64,000 nt of DNA, from positions 1 to 64,000 of the IMG/VR virus record IMGVR_UViG_3300021963_005763; one strand, 5' to 3'. Under the pieces are notes generated by a model. It saw nothing but the letters and a program-made list of their open reading frames with translations, did no database searches and had not been told where the DNA came from. Below, in pieces: positions 1 through 9,160 of the stretch. This DNA is from a virus. The translations under genes were made by a program, and so were the position numbers. Position 1 is the first letter of the stretch; each line of letters opens with the position of its first letter.

Positions 1-1
1 T

Positions 2-997
2 CAGGTTATCTCTGGTCCTGAAGATATTCCTCGTGCCACTACTCCTGGTGCCTTTCTTAACTTTGGCGGGACTAATATCTATAAGTCTCGCCAAGTTGAA
101 GAGATTGCTCGCCTTTTTACCGCCGGAACCATTATGGCCGGCGACCATTTTGTTTTTTATGATGCTTGGCATCCAGGCATTATCAACCTCAAATACATGA
201 GTGAACTACTAAAAACTCCTGTAAAAATTCACGCACTTTGGCACGCTGGATCATATGATCCTCAGGACTTTTTAGGTCGTCTTATTGGAAACGCTCCTTG
301 GGTAAGGCATTCAGAAAAGGCATTTTTTGAAGCCATTGACTTTAACTATTTTGCCACAGACTTTCATATTGAGATGTTTGTGCGTAATTTATTAAATAAT
401 GGACTTAACGAGAATCCTTGGTTAGATGAGGATTTAGATGATGCTCTAAAAGGACGTTGGGCAGGCATTGTGAGGTCAGGTTGGCCAATGGAATATATGG
501 CAGAAACTTTGGCACCATATAAAGGTCGTCGTAAACGTGACCTAATACTTTTTCCACATCGTATAGCACCTGAGAAACAGATTGAAATCTTTTGGGATTT
601 GAGGCTAATTCTTCCTCAATATGAATTCGTAGTATGTCAAGAACAACCACTTACCAAAGATGAATATCATACTCTATTAGGTGAGGCTAAAATAGTGTTT
701 AGTGCTAACCTACAGGAAACCTTGGGCATCAGTTGTTATGAGGGTGCCTTGGTAGATGCTATTCCAATGGTGCCAGATAGGCTGTCATACTCAGAAATGT
801 ATTATGAAGGGTTTAAGTATCCCAGTCATTGGACAGAAAGTTTTGATAGTTATATGAGGTATCGTGCTGATTTGGTTCACCATATCATTGTTACTATGAC
901 ACACTATGAGAAACGGCTTCCGCAACTACAAAAACAAACTGATGATTTAACAGCAAGGTTTTTCTCATGTACCGCACTCATAAACAACTTGAATTAG
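2..997 (+). CDS. Glycosyltransferase (GT-B / GT4-like), 5' truncated by window edge
   Basis: Frame is open from base 2 (QVISGPEDIPRATTPGAFLNFGGTNIYKS...) into the 134..997 ORF. C-terminal GT-B motifs: ILFPHRIAPEKQ and ETLGISCYEG (E-x7-E), then ALVDAIPMVPD. Confidence 0.7.
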   Translation, partial: QVISGPEDIPRATTPGAFLNFGGTNIYKSRQVEEIARLFTAGTIMAGDHFVFYDAWHPGIINLKYMSELLKTPVKIHALWHAGSYDPQDFLGRLIGNAPWVRHSEKAFFEAIDFNYFATDFHIEMFVRNLLNNGLNENPWLDEDLDDALKGRWAGIVRSGWPMEYMAETLAPYKGRRKRDLILFPHRIAPEKQIEIFWDLRLILPQYEFVVCQEQPLTKDEYHTLLGEAKIVFSANLQETLGISCYEGALVDAIPMVPDRLSYSEMYYEGFKYPSHWTESFDSYMRYRADLVHHIIVTMTHYEKRLPQLQKQTDDLTARFFSCTALINNLN

Positions 998-1224
998 ACT
1001 TTGAAGAAGAATGGCCCATGCGTGACTATTACGATGATGGCCCTGTGACCATTGATGATCCCATTGTAGAATATAAAACATTTGAACAGGTCAGTTGGTG
1101 GAGGCTGAAACAAATGCTGGAACGGTGGCCAGCCATGCGTAAGAGTTGGGAAGCATTTATCATTGACTATAATGTATGCTTGGCCACTTTGAGAGAAGAG
1201 GACGAAGATGATATTCCATTTTAA
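967..1224 (+). CDS. Small acidic hypothetical protein ending in an SSB-like tail (EDEDDIPF)
   Basis: ORF track; fills the gap between the glycosyltransferase and clpP. The start could be 967 or 1018. Confidence 0.65.
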   Translation: MYRTHKQLELDFEEEWPMRDYYDDGPVTIDDPIVEYKTFEQVSWWRLKQMLERWPAMRKSWEAFIIDYNVCLATLREEDEDDIPF

Positions 1225-1236
1225 TAAGGAAACAAT

Positions 1237-1848
1237 ATGAGCTTAGTTCCTATGGTATTAGAGCGTTCTGGTAATAGTGAACGTGCTATGGATTTATACA
1301 GTAGACTGATGCGTGATCGCATTATTCTTTTAGAAGGCGAAATCAGAGACCATATGGCCAATCTTGTAGTTGGTCAACTTTTATTCTTAGAATCAGAAAA
1401 CCCAGACAAAGATATCAGCATGTTTATCAATAGCCCCGGTGGAAGTGTTACAGCGGGTATGGCTATCTACGATACCATGCAATTTATTCGTCCTGATATT
1501 AGTACATTTGTTATGGGACAGGCATGTAGCATGGGGTCTTTGTTAGCACAAGCTGGGTCTAAGGGTAAACGTTTCATTCTCCCACATGCTCGTCATATGA
1601 TACATCAACCCAGTGGCGGGGCAGGTGGTCAGGCCACTGACATGGAAATTCAAGTTAAAGAAATTTTGAAAATGAAACAATCTCTAACTGAAATTTATGT
1701 CAAGCATAATTCAGTAGGAAAAACTTTCGACCAACTTAAAAACGATATGGAACGTGATTATTTTATGTCGGCGGAGGAATCTGTTGCCTATGGTCTGGCA
1801 GACAGGGTTATGGAGAAGCGTTCTTTAACAACCCCCGAAGATAATTAG
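1237..1848 (+). CDS. clpP: ATP-dependent Clp protease proteolytic subunit
   Basis: [27 protein letters not shown], catalytic Ser (GQACSMG), His (MIHQP), Asp (ERDYFM); RBS TAAGGA. Confidence 0.96.
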   Translation: MSLVPMVLERSGNSERAMDLYSRLMRDRIILLEGEIRDHMANLVVGQLLFLESENPDKDISMFINSPGGSVTAGMAIYDTMQFIRPDISTFVMGQACSMGSLLAQAGSKGKRFILPHARHMIHQPSGGAGGQATDMEIQVKEILKMKQSLTEIYVKHNSVGKTFDQLKNDMERDYFMSAEESVAYGLADRVMEKRSLTTPEDN

Positions 1849-1855
1849 GACGAAC

Positions 1856-2023
1856 ATGAAAAAAGGTAGCAAATGGTATGGTAGTAATGGTGATATATTT
1901 GAAATCGATGATATAAGAGTTATAAGAGGCGATACTTGGGTATTTTATACTAATACATTTACCATGAAGACTTTTAGCTGTCTAATCAATGCCTTTAAAG
2001 ATAGATTTAAGGAAATTTCGTAA
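1856..2023 (+). CDS. Small hypothetical protein, 55 aa, absent from the ORF track (MKKGSKWYGSNGDIFEIDDIRVIRGDTWVFYTNTFTMKTFSCLINAFKDRFKEIS)
   Basis: AGGA RBS 5 nt before ATG at 1856; open to TAA at 2021-2023; fills the gap after clpP. Confidence 0.65.
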   Translation: MKKGSKWYGSNGDIFEIDDIRVIRGDTWVFYTNTFTMKTFSCLINAFKDRFKEIS

Positions 2024-2861
2024 TTAGTTTATCTTCTTCATTTGTACATGCTATCATCTTACAAAGTGTGGGTCCAGCGGGTAGACTGAAGGATCCATTC
2101 CATATATTTCCTAAATGAGTATTATTACAGTTACTTCCTTTAATATATCCATTATGGCTTATTTGTAAATATTCTACCCCAGAATTACAAAGTTGACCAG
2201 TAAAACTATCATTATCTTTAATCATTAGTTCTACTCTTTGTTCAAAAGTTTTAGTCTTGTATTGAATGTTTTCTTCAATTAACTGTTCACCTTTCATTAT
2301 TTTCAGTTGTGTATCTGTATAATCAAACATACCTGTAACTGTACTAGCATCTTTATATAACTGACTTTTTGATACTAAGATACCATAAGTTTTTTCTATT
2401 TCAACTGCTCTATTAATATCATAATCAAAATGATTGGGACGAATAGGAACAACTACATCCACAATTTTATTATTTTTTTGAAATGTTTGTATTATAAAAT
2501 CTATTAATTTTCTATTTTGCCAATAGTGATACGTCAATATCAGTTTATCAATGTTAGGTTCTAAAGCCCACCAATCTAACCACAAGCGTCCACCATTACT
2601 ATGAATTTGAATCGTACCTCCATTAGTTTTACAATATTTTAACATCATAGGAAAGTCAAATAATTCTAGTGGTTCCCCACCATTAAATATCCAATTTATT
2701 TTTCTATTCATTTCTGTATAATGACTTACAATGGTTTTCAAAACATTCATGTATTCTTCTATAGAATGGTTGATATTTCCTCCCCAAAATCTCGATGGAC
2801 AATAAGAACAACCAGCCTGACAATGATCATGAATATTCCAATAGATTTTTGTTTCTAACAT
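2007..2861 (-). CDS. Radical SAM protein with probable C-terminal SPASM/twitch-like cluster domain
   Basis: CQAGCSYC (CxxxCxxC), GGEP, IHSNG; C-terminal cysteines LCNSG...SNC...LCKMIAC. Confidence 0.85.
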   Translation of the reverse strand: MLETKIYWNIHDHCQAGCSYCPSRFWGGNINHSIEEYMNVLKTIVSHYTEMNRKINWIFNGGEPLELFDFPMMLKYCKTNGGTIQIHSNGGRLWLDWWALEPNIDKLILTYHYWQNRKLIDFIIQTFQKNNKIVDVVVPIRPNHFDYDINRAVEIEKTYGILVSKSQLYKDASTVTGMFDYTDTQLKIMKGEQLIEENIQYKTKTFEQRVELMIKDNDSFTGQLCNSGVEYLQISHNGYIKGSNCNNTHLGNIWNGSFSLPAGPTLCKMIACTNEEDKLITKFP

Positions 2862-2862
2862 A

Positions 2863-2896
2863 TTGACAATCTCTAAATAATAGTGTAAAGTATTTA
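2863..2896. promoter_or_regulatory. Divergent promoter region: sigma70-like TTGACA-17-TAAAGT (+, toward queE) and a TAAATA late box on each strand
   Basis: TTGACA 2863-2868; TAAAGT 2886-2891; TAAATA 2874-2879 on +; TATTTA 2891-2896 (TAAATA on -, toward the radical SAM gene). Confidence 0.5.
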
Positions 2897-2951
2897 AAGA
2901 AATACAAAATATCCTTCAAGATTCAAAAACTAACATGGTCAAATATATCTT

Positions 2952-3806
2952 ATGAGTAAATTAAAAGTATCAGAATTATTCTACAGCGTTCAAGGTGAAG
3001 GACGCTATATGGGTGTTCCAAGTGTGTTCCTTCGTGTGTTCGGCTGTAATTTTACCTGCGACGGATTTGGTAAACCCCGAGGAGAACTATCAAATGAAAG
3101 ACACCTTGTAGCAGAACGCATAGCAGAATTCAAAACATATAAAGATCTACCCTTAGTCCATTCAGGTTGCGACAGTTATGCCAGCTGGGATCCAAGATTC
3201 AAGGAATTTAGCCCAGTGTTAGAAACTGATGCTATTGTAGATGCTATCATGGAAATGCTGCCCTACAAGCGTTGGATGAGAGAACATCTTGTTATCACAG
3301 GCGGCGAACCTTTGTTAGGCTGGCAACGTAGTTACCCAGACTTGTTAGATCACCCCAAAATGCAGGATCTAAAAGAAATCACATTTGAGACCAACGGCAC
3401 TCAAAAACTATTGCCTGATTTCAAACGTAGATTAATTGCCTGGACTAACCAACGTGAGGCCAATACCAATATTATAACCTTCTCAGTCAGTGCCAAACTT
3501 CCATCCAGTGGTGAAAAGTGGGGAGAAGCGATCAAACCAGAAGTAGTGTGTGAGTATGAAGAAATTGGTTGGACCTATCTCAAATTTGTAGTAGCCACAG
3601 AACAAGATGTTCAAGATGCGCTACGTGCCACAATGGAATATAGAGATGCTGGATTTGAAGGTGAAGTATATCTCATGCCAGTAGGCGGTGTGGAAAGTGT
3701 ATATAGTTTAAATAATAAAAACGTAGCATTGGCCTGTATGAAACACGGATTGAGGTACAGTGATCGACTTCAAGTCCCGCTCTTTAAGAACGAGTGGGGA
3801 ACATAA
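2952..3806 (+). CDS. queE: 7-carboxy-7-deazaguanine synthase (radical SAM)
   Basis: VSELFYSVQGEG..GVPSVFLRVFGCN, VITGGEPLL, ITFETNGT, YLKFVV, VYLMP, RYSDRLQVPLF. Confidence 0.9.
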   Translation: MSKLKVSELFYSVQGEGRYMGVPSVFLRVFGCNFTCDGFGKPRGELSNERHLVAERIAEFKTYKDLPLVHSGCDSYASWDPRFKEFSPVLETDAIVDAIMEMLPYKRWMREHLVITGGEPLLGWQRSYPDLLDHPKMQDLKEITFETNGTQKLLPDFKRRLIAWTNQREANTNIITFSVSAKLPSSGEKWGEAIKPEVVCEYEEIGWTYLKFVVATEQDVQDALRATMEYRDAGFEGEVYLMPVGGVESVYSLNNKNVALACMKHGLRYSDRLQVPLFKNEWGT

Positions 3807-4286
3807 ATGAAAAAAATACTTAGAAAACTTTTTGGTATAGAGGAAATGGAAAGGTCTATTGCCGAAACCATTCAACGTCGAATGGAGGCAGAACAGGCTA
3901 TCCAAGCAGCAGAAGAAGAAAAGAATCGACTATTAAAACAGGTAGAACAAGAACTTGCTGACGCAGAAGAAGCCAAAAGACTTGTTCAATTAACTCCAAA
4001 AGAATTGGCCACTGAGCGTAAGGAACCTTATGTAGCAGTATTAGAAACACATGTCAATAAAGATAATCTTAGAAATGGGTTTTTTGAGCTTGACTGGAAT
4101 GAATATTTCGTTGTACAATTAACAGAAGCAGGCTACAAAGGTGCTTCAGAAGAAGAAATTGTAGATGCTTGGTTTAGTGAACTTTGTCGTAATGTTGGGG
4201 CAGAATCTGGTGTAGATATGGATCGCCGTGGTTCTGGTTATGTTAATCGTGCTCTCCGTGATGACGGAAAAACAGAGGTCTCATGA
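3807..4286 (+). CDS. Hypothetical phage protein with N-terminal coiled coil
   Basis: ORF track; abuts the queE stop and overlaps the rnh start (ATGA). Confidence 0.75.
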   Translation: MKKILRKLFGIEEMERSIAETIQRRMEAEQAIQAAEEEKNRLLKQVEQELADAEEAKRLVQLTPKELATERKEPYVAVLETHVNKDNLRNGFFELDWNEYFVVQLTEAGYKGASEEEIVDAWFSELCRNVGAESGVDMDRRGSGYVNRALRDDGKTEVS

Positions 4287-5269
4287 CTTATATATTAGTT
4301 GATACAGCCAATACATTCTTCCGTGCCCGCCATGTTGTTCGAGGAAATCTAGAAGATAAAGTAGGTATGAGTATTCATACCATACTTGGCAGTGTTAGAA
4401 AAGCATGGAAGGATTTTAATGGCACTCATGTGGTATTTGCCTTAGAGGGACGTTCGTGGCGTAAGGACCATTATGCTCCATACAAACGAAACCGTTCAGA
4501 CGCTCGTGCTGCTCTGAGTCCACGTGAAGCAGAAGAAGATCGTGTGTTTTGGGAAACCTTTGATCAATTCAAAGAGTTTATTACAGGTAAGACTAATACC
4601 ACAGTTCTACATCATCCACAACTGGAGGCAGATGATCTTATTGCAGGTTGGATTGATCTTCATCCAAATGACGATCACGTTATCATATCTACCGACGGTG
4701 ACTTTGCTCAATTAATTGCTCCTAATGTAAAGCAATACAATGGAGTAAGTGGAGTTACAACTACACATGAAGGCTACTTTGACGAAAAGGGGAAACCCGT
4801 TAAAGATAAGAAAACAGGCGAAGTCAAACCTGCTCCAGATCCCGAATGGCTGTTATTTGAAAAATGTATGCGTGGTGATACCAGCGACAACATCTTCTCA
4901 GCATTTCCAGGTGTAAGAGAGAAAGGCAGTAAGAATAAAGTGGGTTTGAGAGACGCATTTGCTGATCGCAATAGTCGTGGTTGGGCATGGAATAATCTCA
5001 TGCTACAGCGTTGGACAGATCACGAAGGACAAGAACAGCGTGTGAAAGAGTGCTACGAACGTAACCGATTACTTTGTGATCTTAGAGCACAACCTAGTGA
5101 AATTAGAGATCTTATGTTTGACGTCATCAATGAACATATCAATAGTAAAAAGGATATCCCACAGGTTGGTATACGATTACTGAAATTTTGTGCCACCTAT
5201 GATCTACAAAAAATCAGCGAACAGATACAGAGTTATGCTGAACCACTAAATGCGAGATATATAGTATGA
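4283..5269 (+). CDS. rnh: T4 RNase H-like 5'-3' exonuclease (FEN family)
   Basis: YILVDTAN, SWRKDHYAPYKRNR, LEADDLIA, IISTDGDFAQL, RGDTSDNI. Confidence 0.92.
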   Translation: MTYILVDTANTFFRARHVVRGNLEDKVGMSIHTILGSVRKAWKDFNGTHVVFALEGRSWRKDHYAPYKRNRSDARAALSPREAEEDRVFWETFDQFKEFITGKTNTTVLHHPQLEADDLIAGWIDLHPNDDHVIISTDGDFAQLIAPNVKQYNGVSGVTTTHEGYFDEKGKPVKDKKTGEVKPAPDPEWLLFEKCMRGDTSDNIFSAFPGVREKGSKNKVGLRDAFADRNSRGWAWNNLMLQRWTDHEGQEQRVKECYERNRLLCDLRAQPSEIRDLMFDVINEHINSKKDIPQVGIRLLKFCATYDLQKISEQIQSYAEPLNARYIV

Positions 5270-5727
5270 TTGAAACAAAAGAATTAATTCCAGATAAAGA
5301 ATGGATACTTAAAAAAGAAGATAAAAAAATAGGCAGTATTACTAAAGCCAAAAAAGGATTTTCCTTTTTAATAAATGGAAAAAAATACAGTATTAACGAT
5401 TTGGATTCTCTTAAAATTGTAATACCAAAAAAAACAGTAGAGTCAAAGATTCATATTGAAGATAAGGGATTTTTTATATACGACTATCCGTGTAGTTCGA
5501 AACCTTTTTTTCCAATTTTTAATATCAAAAAACGTTTACCCATTTTTGCCAAAAGCTCAAAAAGTAAAAGTTTATTCTGTGCAGGTCACTATATAATCAA
5601 ATTTAGAAAAGGATGGGTGAAAAGTTTCTGTCCAAAAATGATTACATTGGAACGATACCCGTATAAAGGCCCATTTAAAACAGATATGGAAGTTAAACAC
5701 GAACTATTAAAAGTAAATAAACAATGA
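5266..5727 (+). CDS. Basic hypothetical protein
   Basis: ORF track; ATGA overlaps at both ends. Confidence 0.7.
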   Translation: MIETKELIPDKEWILKKEDKKIGSITKAKKGFSFLINGKKYSINDLDSLKIVIPKKTVESKIHIEDKGFFIYDYPCSSKPFFPIFNIKKRLPIFAKSSKSKSLFCAGHYIIKFRKGWVKSFCPKMITLERYPYKGPFKTDMEVKHELLKVNKQ

Positions 5728-5945
5728 AGCCACTAAATGTATTTCCGATAGAAGATTATTTAGAGAAGGTAAGGTTAGCGGTTAAGACTGGACAGAAAAA
5801 TCTTACATTGTCTCAAAAAGAGTATACAGATTTAGCTAATAGTTTAGCTATTGTAATGACACGTCTTACAGGTTCTCTAGATAAATCTGTTCAGGAAAAA
5901 CCTCTAGATAATATACAGATTAATGTAGACGGTGGAAGGTTCTAA
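5724..5945 (+). CDS. Hypothetical protein
   Basis: ORF track; translationally coupled to the upstream gene. Confidence 0.7.
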   Translation: MKPLNVFPIEDYLEKVRLAVKTGQKNLTLSQKEYTDLANSLAIVMTRLTGSLDKSVQEKPLDNIQINVDGGRF

Positions 5946-5986
5946 CAATATGGGCTAAATATATACGCATATTTGGAGAGCGTATT

Positions 5987-6286
5987 GTGAGCAGGCCTAA
6001 ACCACAAATTTTATTAGAAAATACAAATAAAAGAAATTATAAAACAGATCAGGTTTTAGAGGCAGATGCCATTTGGGCTGTGTTTTACAAAGATAAACCA
6101 ATTAATCTCAAAACCACAAGTATAGTAGGTCAACAACTAGGACCTAAATATAAAAAAGTAAGTTTTTCAAATTCTGGACATGCCTTTAATTTAGCAGAAA
6201 AATTAAACCGACAATTTAATAGTAAAGACTTTTCCGTGTATAAATTAACAGTAGGGGAAAAGTTCATAGATGAGCCAAAAAATTGA
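5987..6286 (+). CDS. Basic hypothetical protein (MSRPKP...)
   Basis: GGAG RBS before the GTG start; TAAATA late box at 5956-5961. Confidence 0.75.
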   Translation: MSRPKPQILLENTNKRNYKTDQVLEADAIWAVFYKDKPINLKTTSIVGQQLGPKYKKVSFSNSGHAFNLAEKLNRQFNSKDFSVYKLTVGEKFIDEPKN

Positions 6287-6656
6287 AATTACCAAATGTG
6301 TTTTAAAAGAGTTAGGACTAGAACCTAGCGAGGATAACCTCAAAAAATATTTTAAAATATGGTGGAAAAGTGTAAGAAAAAAGCCACAAAAAAGTCTATG
6401 GCTTACTGACAACGGTTTTAAGGCGTTTAACCAAGCAGATATAAAAAGCTACAACATCAAATTTAATACCACCATAGATTACTTTGATAACAAATTTGTT
6501 ATTTGGTTAGATAATAACATTGATTGTCCGTTTTATATGACAAGAGACGAAATATATCTTTTCGGAGAAAGAACAGCCATACAACTAATATTATTTTCCG
6601 GTGATTTGAAGATGTTGTATAAAGCACACACTAAAAACAAAGAAAAAAGTAGTTGA
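6270..6656 (+). CDS. Hypothetical protein
   Basis: ORF track. Confidence 0.7.
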   Translation: MSQKIEITKCVLKELGLEPSEDNLKKYFKIWWKSVRKKPQKSLWLTDNGFKAFNQADIKSYNIKFNTTIDYFDNKFVIWLDNNIDCPFYMTRDEIYLFGERTAIQLILFSGDLKMLYKAHTKNKEKSS

Positions 6657-6681
6657 CAAAACCATACTACCCCACTATAAT
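6653..6681 (+). promoter_or_regulatory. Perfect-consensus sigma70-type early promoter for the AAA ATPase
   Basis: TTGACA (6653-6658), 17 bp spacer, TATAAT (6676-6681). Confidence 0.88.
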
Positions 6682-6730
6682 AGAGACTCATAACAAATTA
6701 TTTGTAGTTCAACTTTATAGAGAGAAATAA

Positions 6731-7813
6731 ATGGCAAAAGAAATGTCCGCAAATCGCACTGTTACCCCAAATGGTGCCAAGGCTTCTATCCGCAAGGCAA
6801 TGAGCAAAAAGCGTCCAATCTTCATGTGGGGCCCCCCAGGTATTGGAAAGTCAGACATTGTCAAGCAGATTGGTGCTGAACAGGATCGTGAGGTAATTGA
6901 TGTCCGTTTGAGCCTTTGGGAACCCACTGACATCAAAGGTATCCCATATTACAATAGTCAAGCCAATACTATGACTTGGGCCCCTCCTTCAGAGCTTCCT
7001 TCAGATCCAAATAGCACTGCTATCTTGTTTTTAGATGAGCTTAACTCTGCGGCTCCGGCTACTCAGGCTGCTGCTTACCAGCTCATTCTTAATCGCCGTG
7101 TTGGTACTTATCGTTTGCCAGATGGTGTAGACATCGTGGCTGCTGGTAACCGTGAAGCAGACAAGGGTGTTACCTATCGTATGCCTGCTCCGTTAGCGAA
7201 CCGGTTCATCCATTTGGAATTGTCAGTAGACTTTGAAGATTGGCTACAGTGGGCTACTGCCAACCGTATCCATGAGCAAGTTGTAGGCTATGTTGGTTTT
7301 GCCAAACAGGATCTCTATGACTTCGATCCAAAGAGTGCCAGTCGCTCGTTTGCTACTCCACGTTCGTGGAGTTTTGTAAGCGATCTTTTGGAAGATGATG
7401 ACATCAGTGACAACACCCTTACTGATTTGGTATCCGGTGCTGTAGGTGAAGGTCTTGCTGTTAAGTTTATGGCGCATCGCAAGGTAGCCAAGCAGATGCC
7501 CAAACCAGAAGATATTCTTAGTGGCAAGGTAAAAGAGTTCTCTGTAAAAGAGATCTCAGCAATGTATTCTTTGACTATCAGTATGTGTTATGAGCTCCAA
7601 GAGGCAGACAAGAAGAAAGTCAAAGGTTGGGATTCAATGGCAGATAACTTCTTTGGCTTTATGATGGATAATTTCCCAACTGAGTTAGTTGTTATGGGTG
7701 CCAAAGTTGCTCTTACTAACTATGCTTTACCATTTGATGCTTCAAAGTTGAAGAACTTCGATCGCTTCCACGACAAGTATGGCAAGTATATTATCCAAGC
7801 AATGGAAGGTTAA
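6731..7813 (+). CDS. MoxR-like AAA+ ATPase
   Basis: Walker A GPPGIGKS, Walker B ILFLDE, IVAAGN, LANRF, ATPRSW. Confidence 0.9.
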   Translation: MAKEMSANRTVTPNGAKASIRKAMSKKRPIFMWGPPGIGKSDIVKQIGAEQDREVIDVRLSLWEPTDIKGIPYYNSQANTMTWAPPSELPSDPNSTAILFLDELNSAAPATQAAAYQLILNRRVGTYRLPDGVDIVAAGNREADKGVTYRMPAPLANRFIHLELSVDFEDWLQWATANRIHEQVVGYVGFAKQDLYDFDPKSASRSFATPRSWSFVSDLLEDDDISDNTLTDLVSGAVGEGLAVKFMAHRKVAKQMPKPEDILSGKVKEFSVKEISAMYSLTISMCYELQEADKKKVKGWDSMADNFFGFMMDNFPTELVVMGAKVALTNYALPFDASKLKNFDRFHDKYGKYIIQAMEG

Positions 7814-7837
7814 AAAGGGCCCGCAAGGGCCTTTTTT
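7812..7837. terminator. Rho-independent terminator, potentially bidirectional
   Basis: AAAAAG-GGCCC-GCAA-GGGCC-TTTTTT; GNRA loop, flanked by A and T runs. Confidence 0.85.
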
Positions 7838-7839
7838 GC

Positions 7840-7868
7840 TTGCTCTAAAAGCAAAGTGAATATATAAT
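7840..7868 (+). promoter_or_regulatory. Sigma70-type promoter for the VWA gene
   Basis: TTGCTC, 17 bp, TATAAT, immediately after the terminator. Confidence 0.7.
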
Positions 7869-7897
7869 ATGTGTATAGTAAAACAACGGAGAAACAT

Positions 7898-9160
7898 ATG
7901 ACTTCAGTGATGAAAGGTTCTAGAATATCAAAGCCCAAGTGGGAAGGTAAGACTTTTACTGCTCAAGAACAGGCTAGAATTATTGACAAATTGGTAACTG
8001 CTCGTGTGGGGTTGTTGCTACGTCATCCGTTTTTTGGCAATTTGGCTACTCGTATGAAGATGATTGAAGCCAGTGATTGGTGCCAAACTTTGGCCACTGA
8101 TGGCAGGAACTTCTATTACAATAATGGCTTTGTAAACGAACTCAGTCCAAAAGAGTGTGAGTTTGGCTTCGCCCATGAAGTCCTACACAACATCTTCGAT
8201 CATATGGGACGCCGCGAAGGACGTGATCCAAGATTAGCCAACATTGCCGCTGACTATGCTGCCAACCAAATCCTTAAGGATGAAAAAATTGGCACGGTGC
8301 CGAGTTGGATTAGGATCTTCCAAGATGACCAGTATCGTGGCAAATCTTATGAAGAAATCTATGCCATCCTCTACGCTGGAGCGGAAAAAATTCATCCAGA
8401 AGACTTGGGTGAATTGTTAGATGATCATCTCGATGATGATGACGGTGATGATGGTGGTGATTGTGAGGACGGCGATAAACCTGGTAAGGGCAAGCGCCCT
8501 CGTTTGAGTAAAGCAGAACGTCAACAGATCCGTGATGAGATCAAAGAGGCTATGATTGCCGCTGCGCAGAATGCCGGTGCAGGCAAAGTTCCGGCAGGAA
8601 TCCAGCGTATGATCAAGGACTTAACTGAGCCAAAAATGGATTGGCGTCAACTGTTACGTATGAACATCCAAAGTATCATTAAGAGTGACTTTAGTTTCAA
8701 TCGTCCAAATCGTCGCACCCAGCACACCGGTGCTATATTACCTGGGTTAATGAATGAAGAAACTATTGATATCAGTGTAGGTATTGATATGAGCGGTAGT
8801 ATTTCGGATAGTCAGGCCAAAGACTTCATCAGTGAGGTCAAGGGTATTATGGATGAATACAAAGACTTCAAAGTTAACCTGTGGTGCTTTGATACAGAAG
8901 TTTACAATTACGCAGAATTCACTGGAGATACAGCAGATGAACTTCTTAGTTATGAGGTAAAAGGTGGTGGTGGCACTGACTTTGTAGCCAATTGGGAGTT
9001 CATGAAGGAACAGGGTATTACTCCAAAACGCTTTATCATGTTTACAGACGGTTATCCCTGCGGTGATTGGGGTGATGAGGATTACTGCGAAACTCTGTTT
9101 GTCATTCACGGCAACGAGACCATTGTTGCTCCATTTGGTCAAACTGCTTATTACAAATGA
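7898..9160 (+). CDS. HExxH metallopeptidase-like plus VWA domain protein (DUF2201-like), AAA partner
   Basis: TLATDG, AHEVLH, acidic linker, MIDAS IDMSGS, GGGGTDF, FTDG. Start moved to ATG 7898 because of a GGAG RBS. Confidence 0.88.
   Translation: MTSVMKGSRISKPKWEGKTFTAQEQARIIDKLVTARVGLLLRHPFFGNLATRMKMIEASDWCQTLATDGRNFYYNNGFVNELSPKECEFGFAHEVLHNIFDHMGRREGRDPRLANIAADYAANQILKDEKIGTVPSWIRIFQDDQYRGKSYEEIYAILYAGAEKIHPEDLGELLDDHLDDDDGDDGGDCEDGDKPGKGKRPRLSKAERQQIRDEIKEAMIAAAQNAGAGKVPAGIQRMIKDLTEPKMDWRQLLRMNIQSIIKSDFSFNRPNRRTQHTGAILPGLMNEETIDISVGIDMSGSISDSQAKDFISEVKGIMDEYKDFKVNLWCFDTEVYNYAEFTGDTADELLSYEVKGGGGTDFVANWEFMKEQGITPKRFIMFTDGYPCGDWGDEDYCETLFVIHGNETIVAPFGQTAYYK

Noticed and set aside
2935-2955. 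6-codon uORF (MVKYIL) overlapping the queE start by ATGA
   Set aside because: Too short and lacks an RBS; cannot be told apart from chance.
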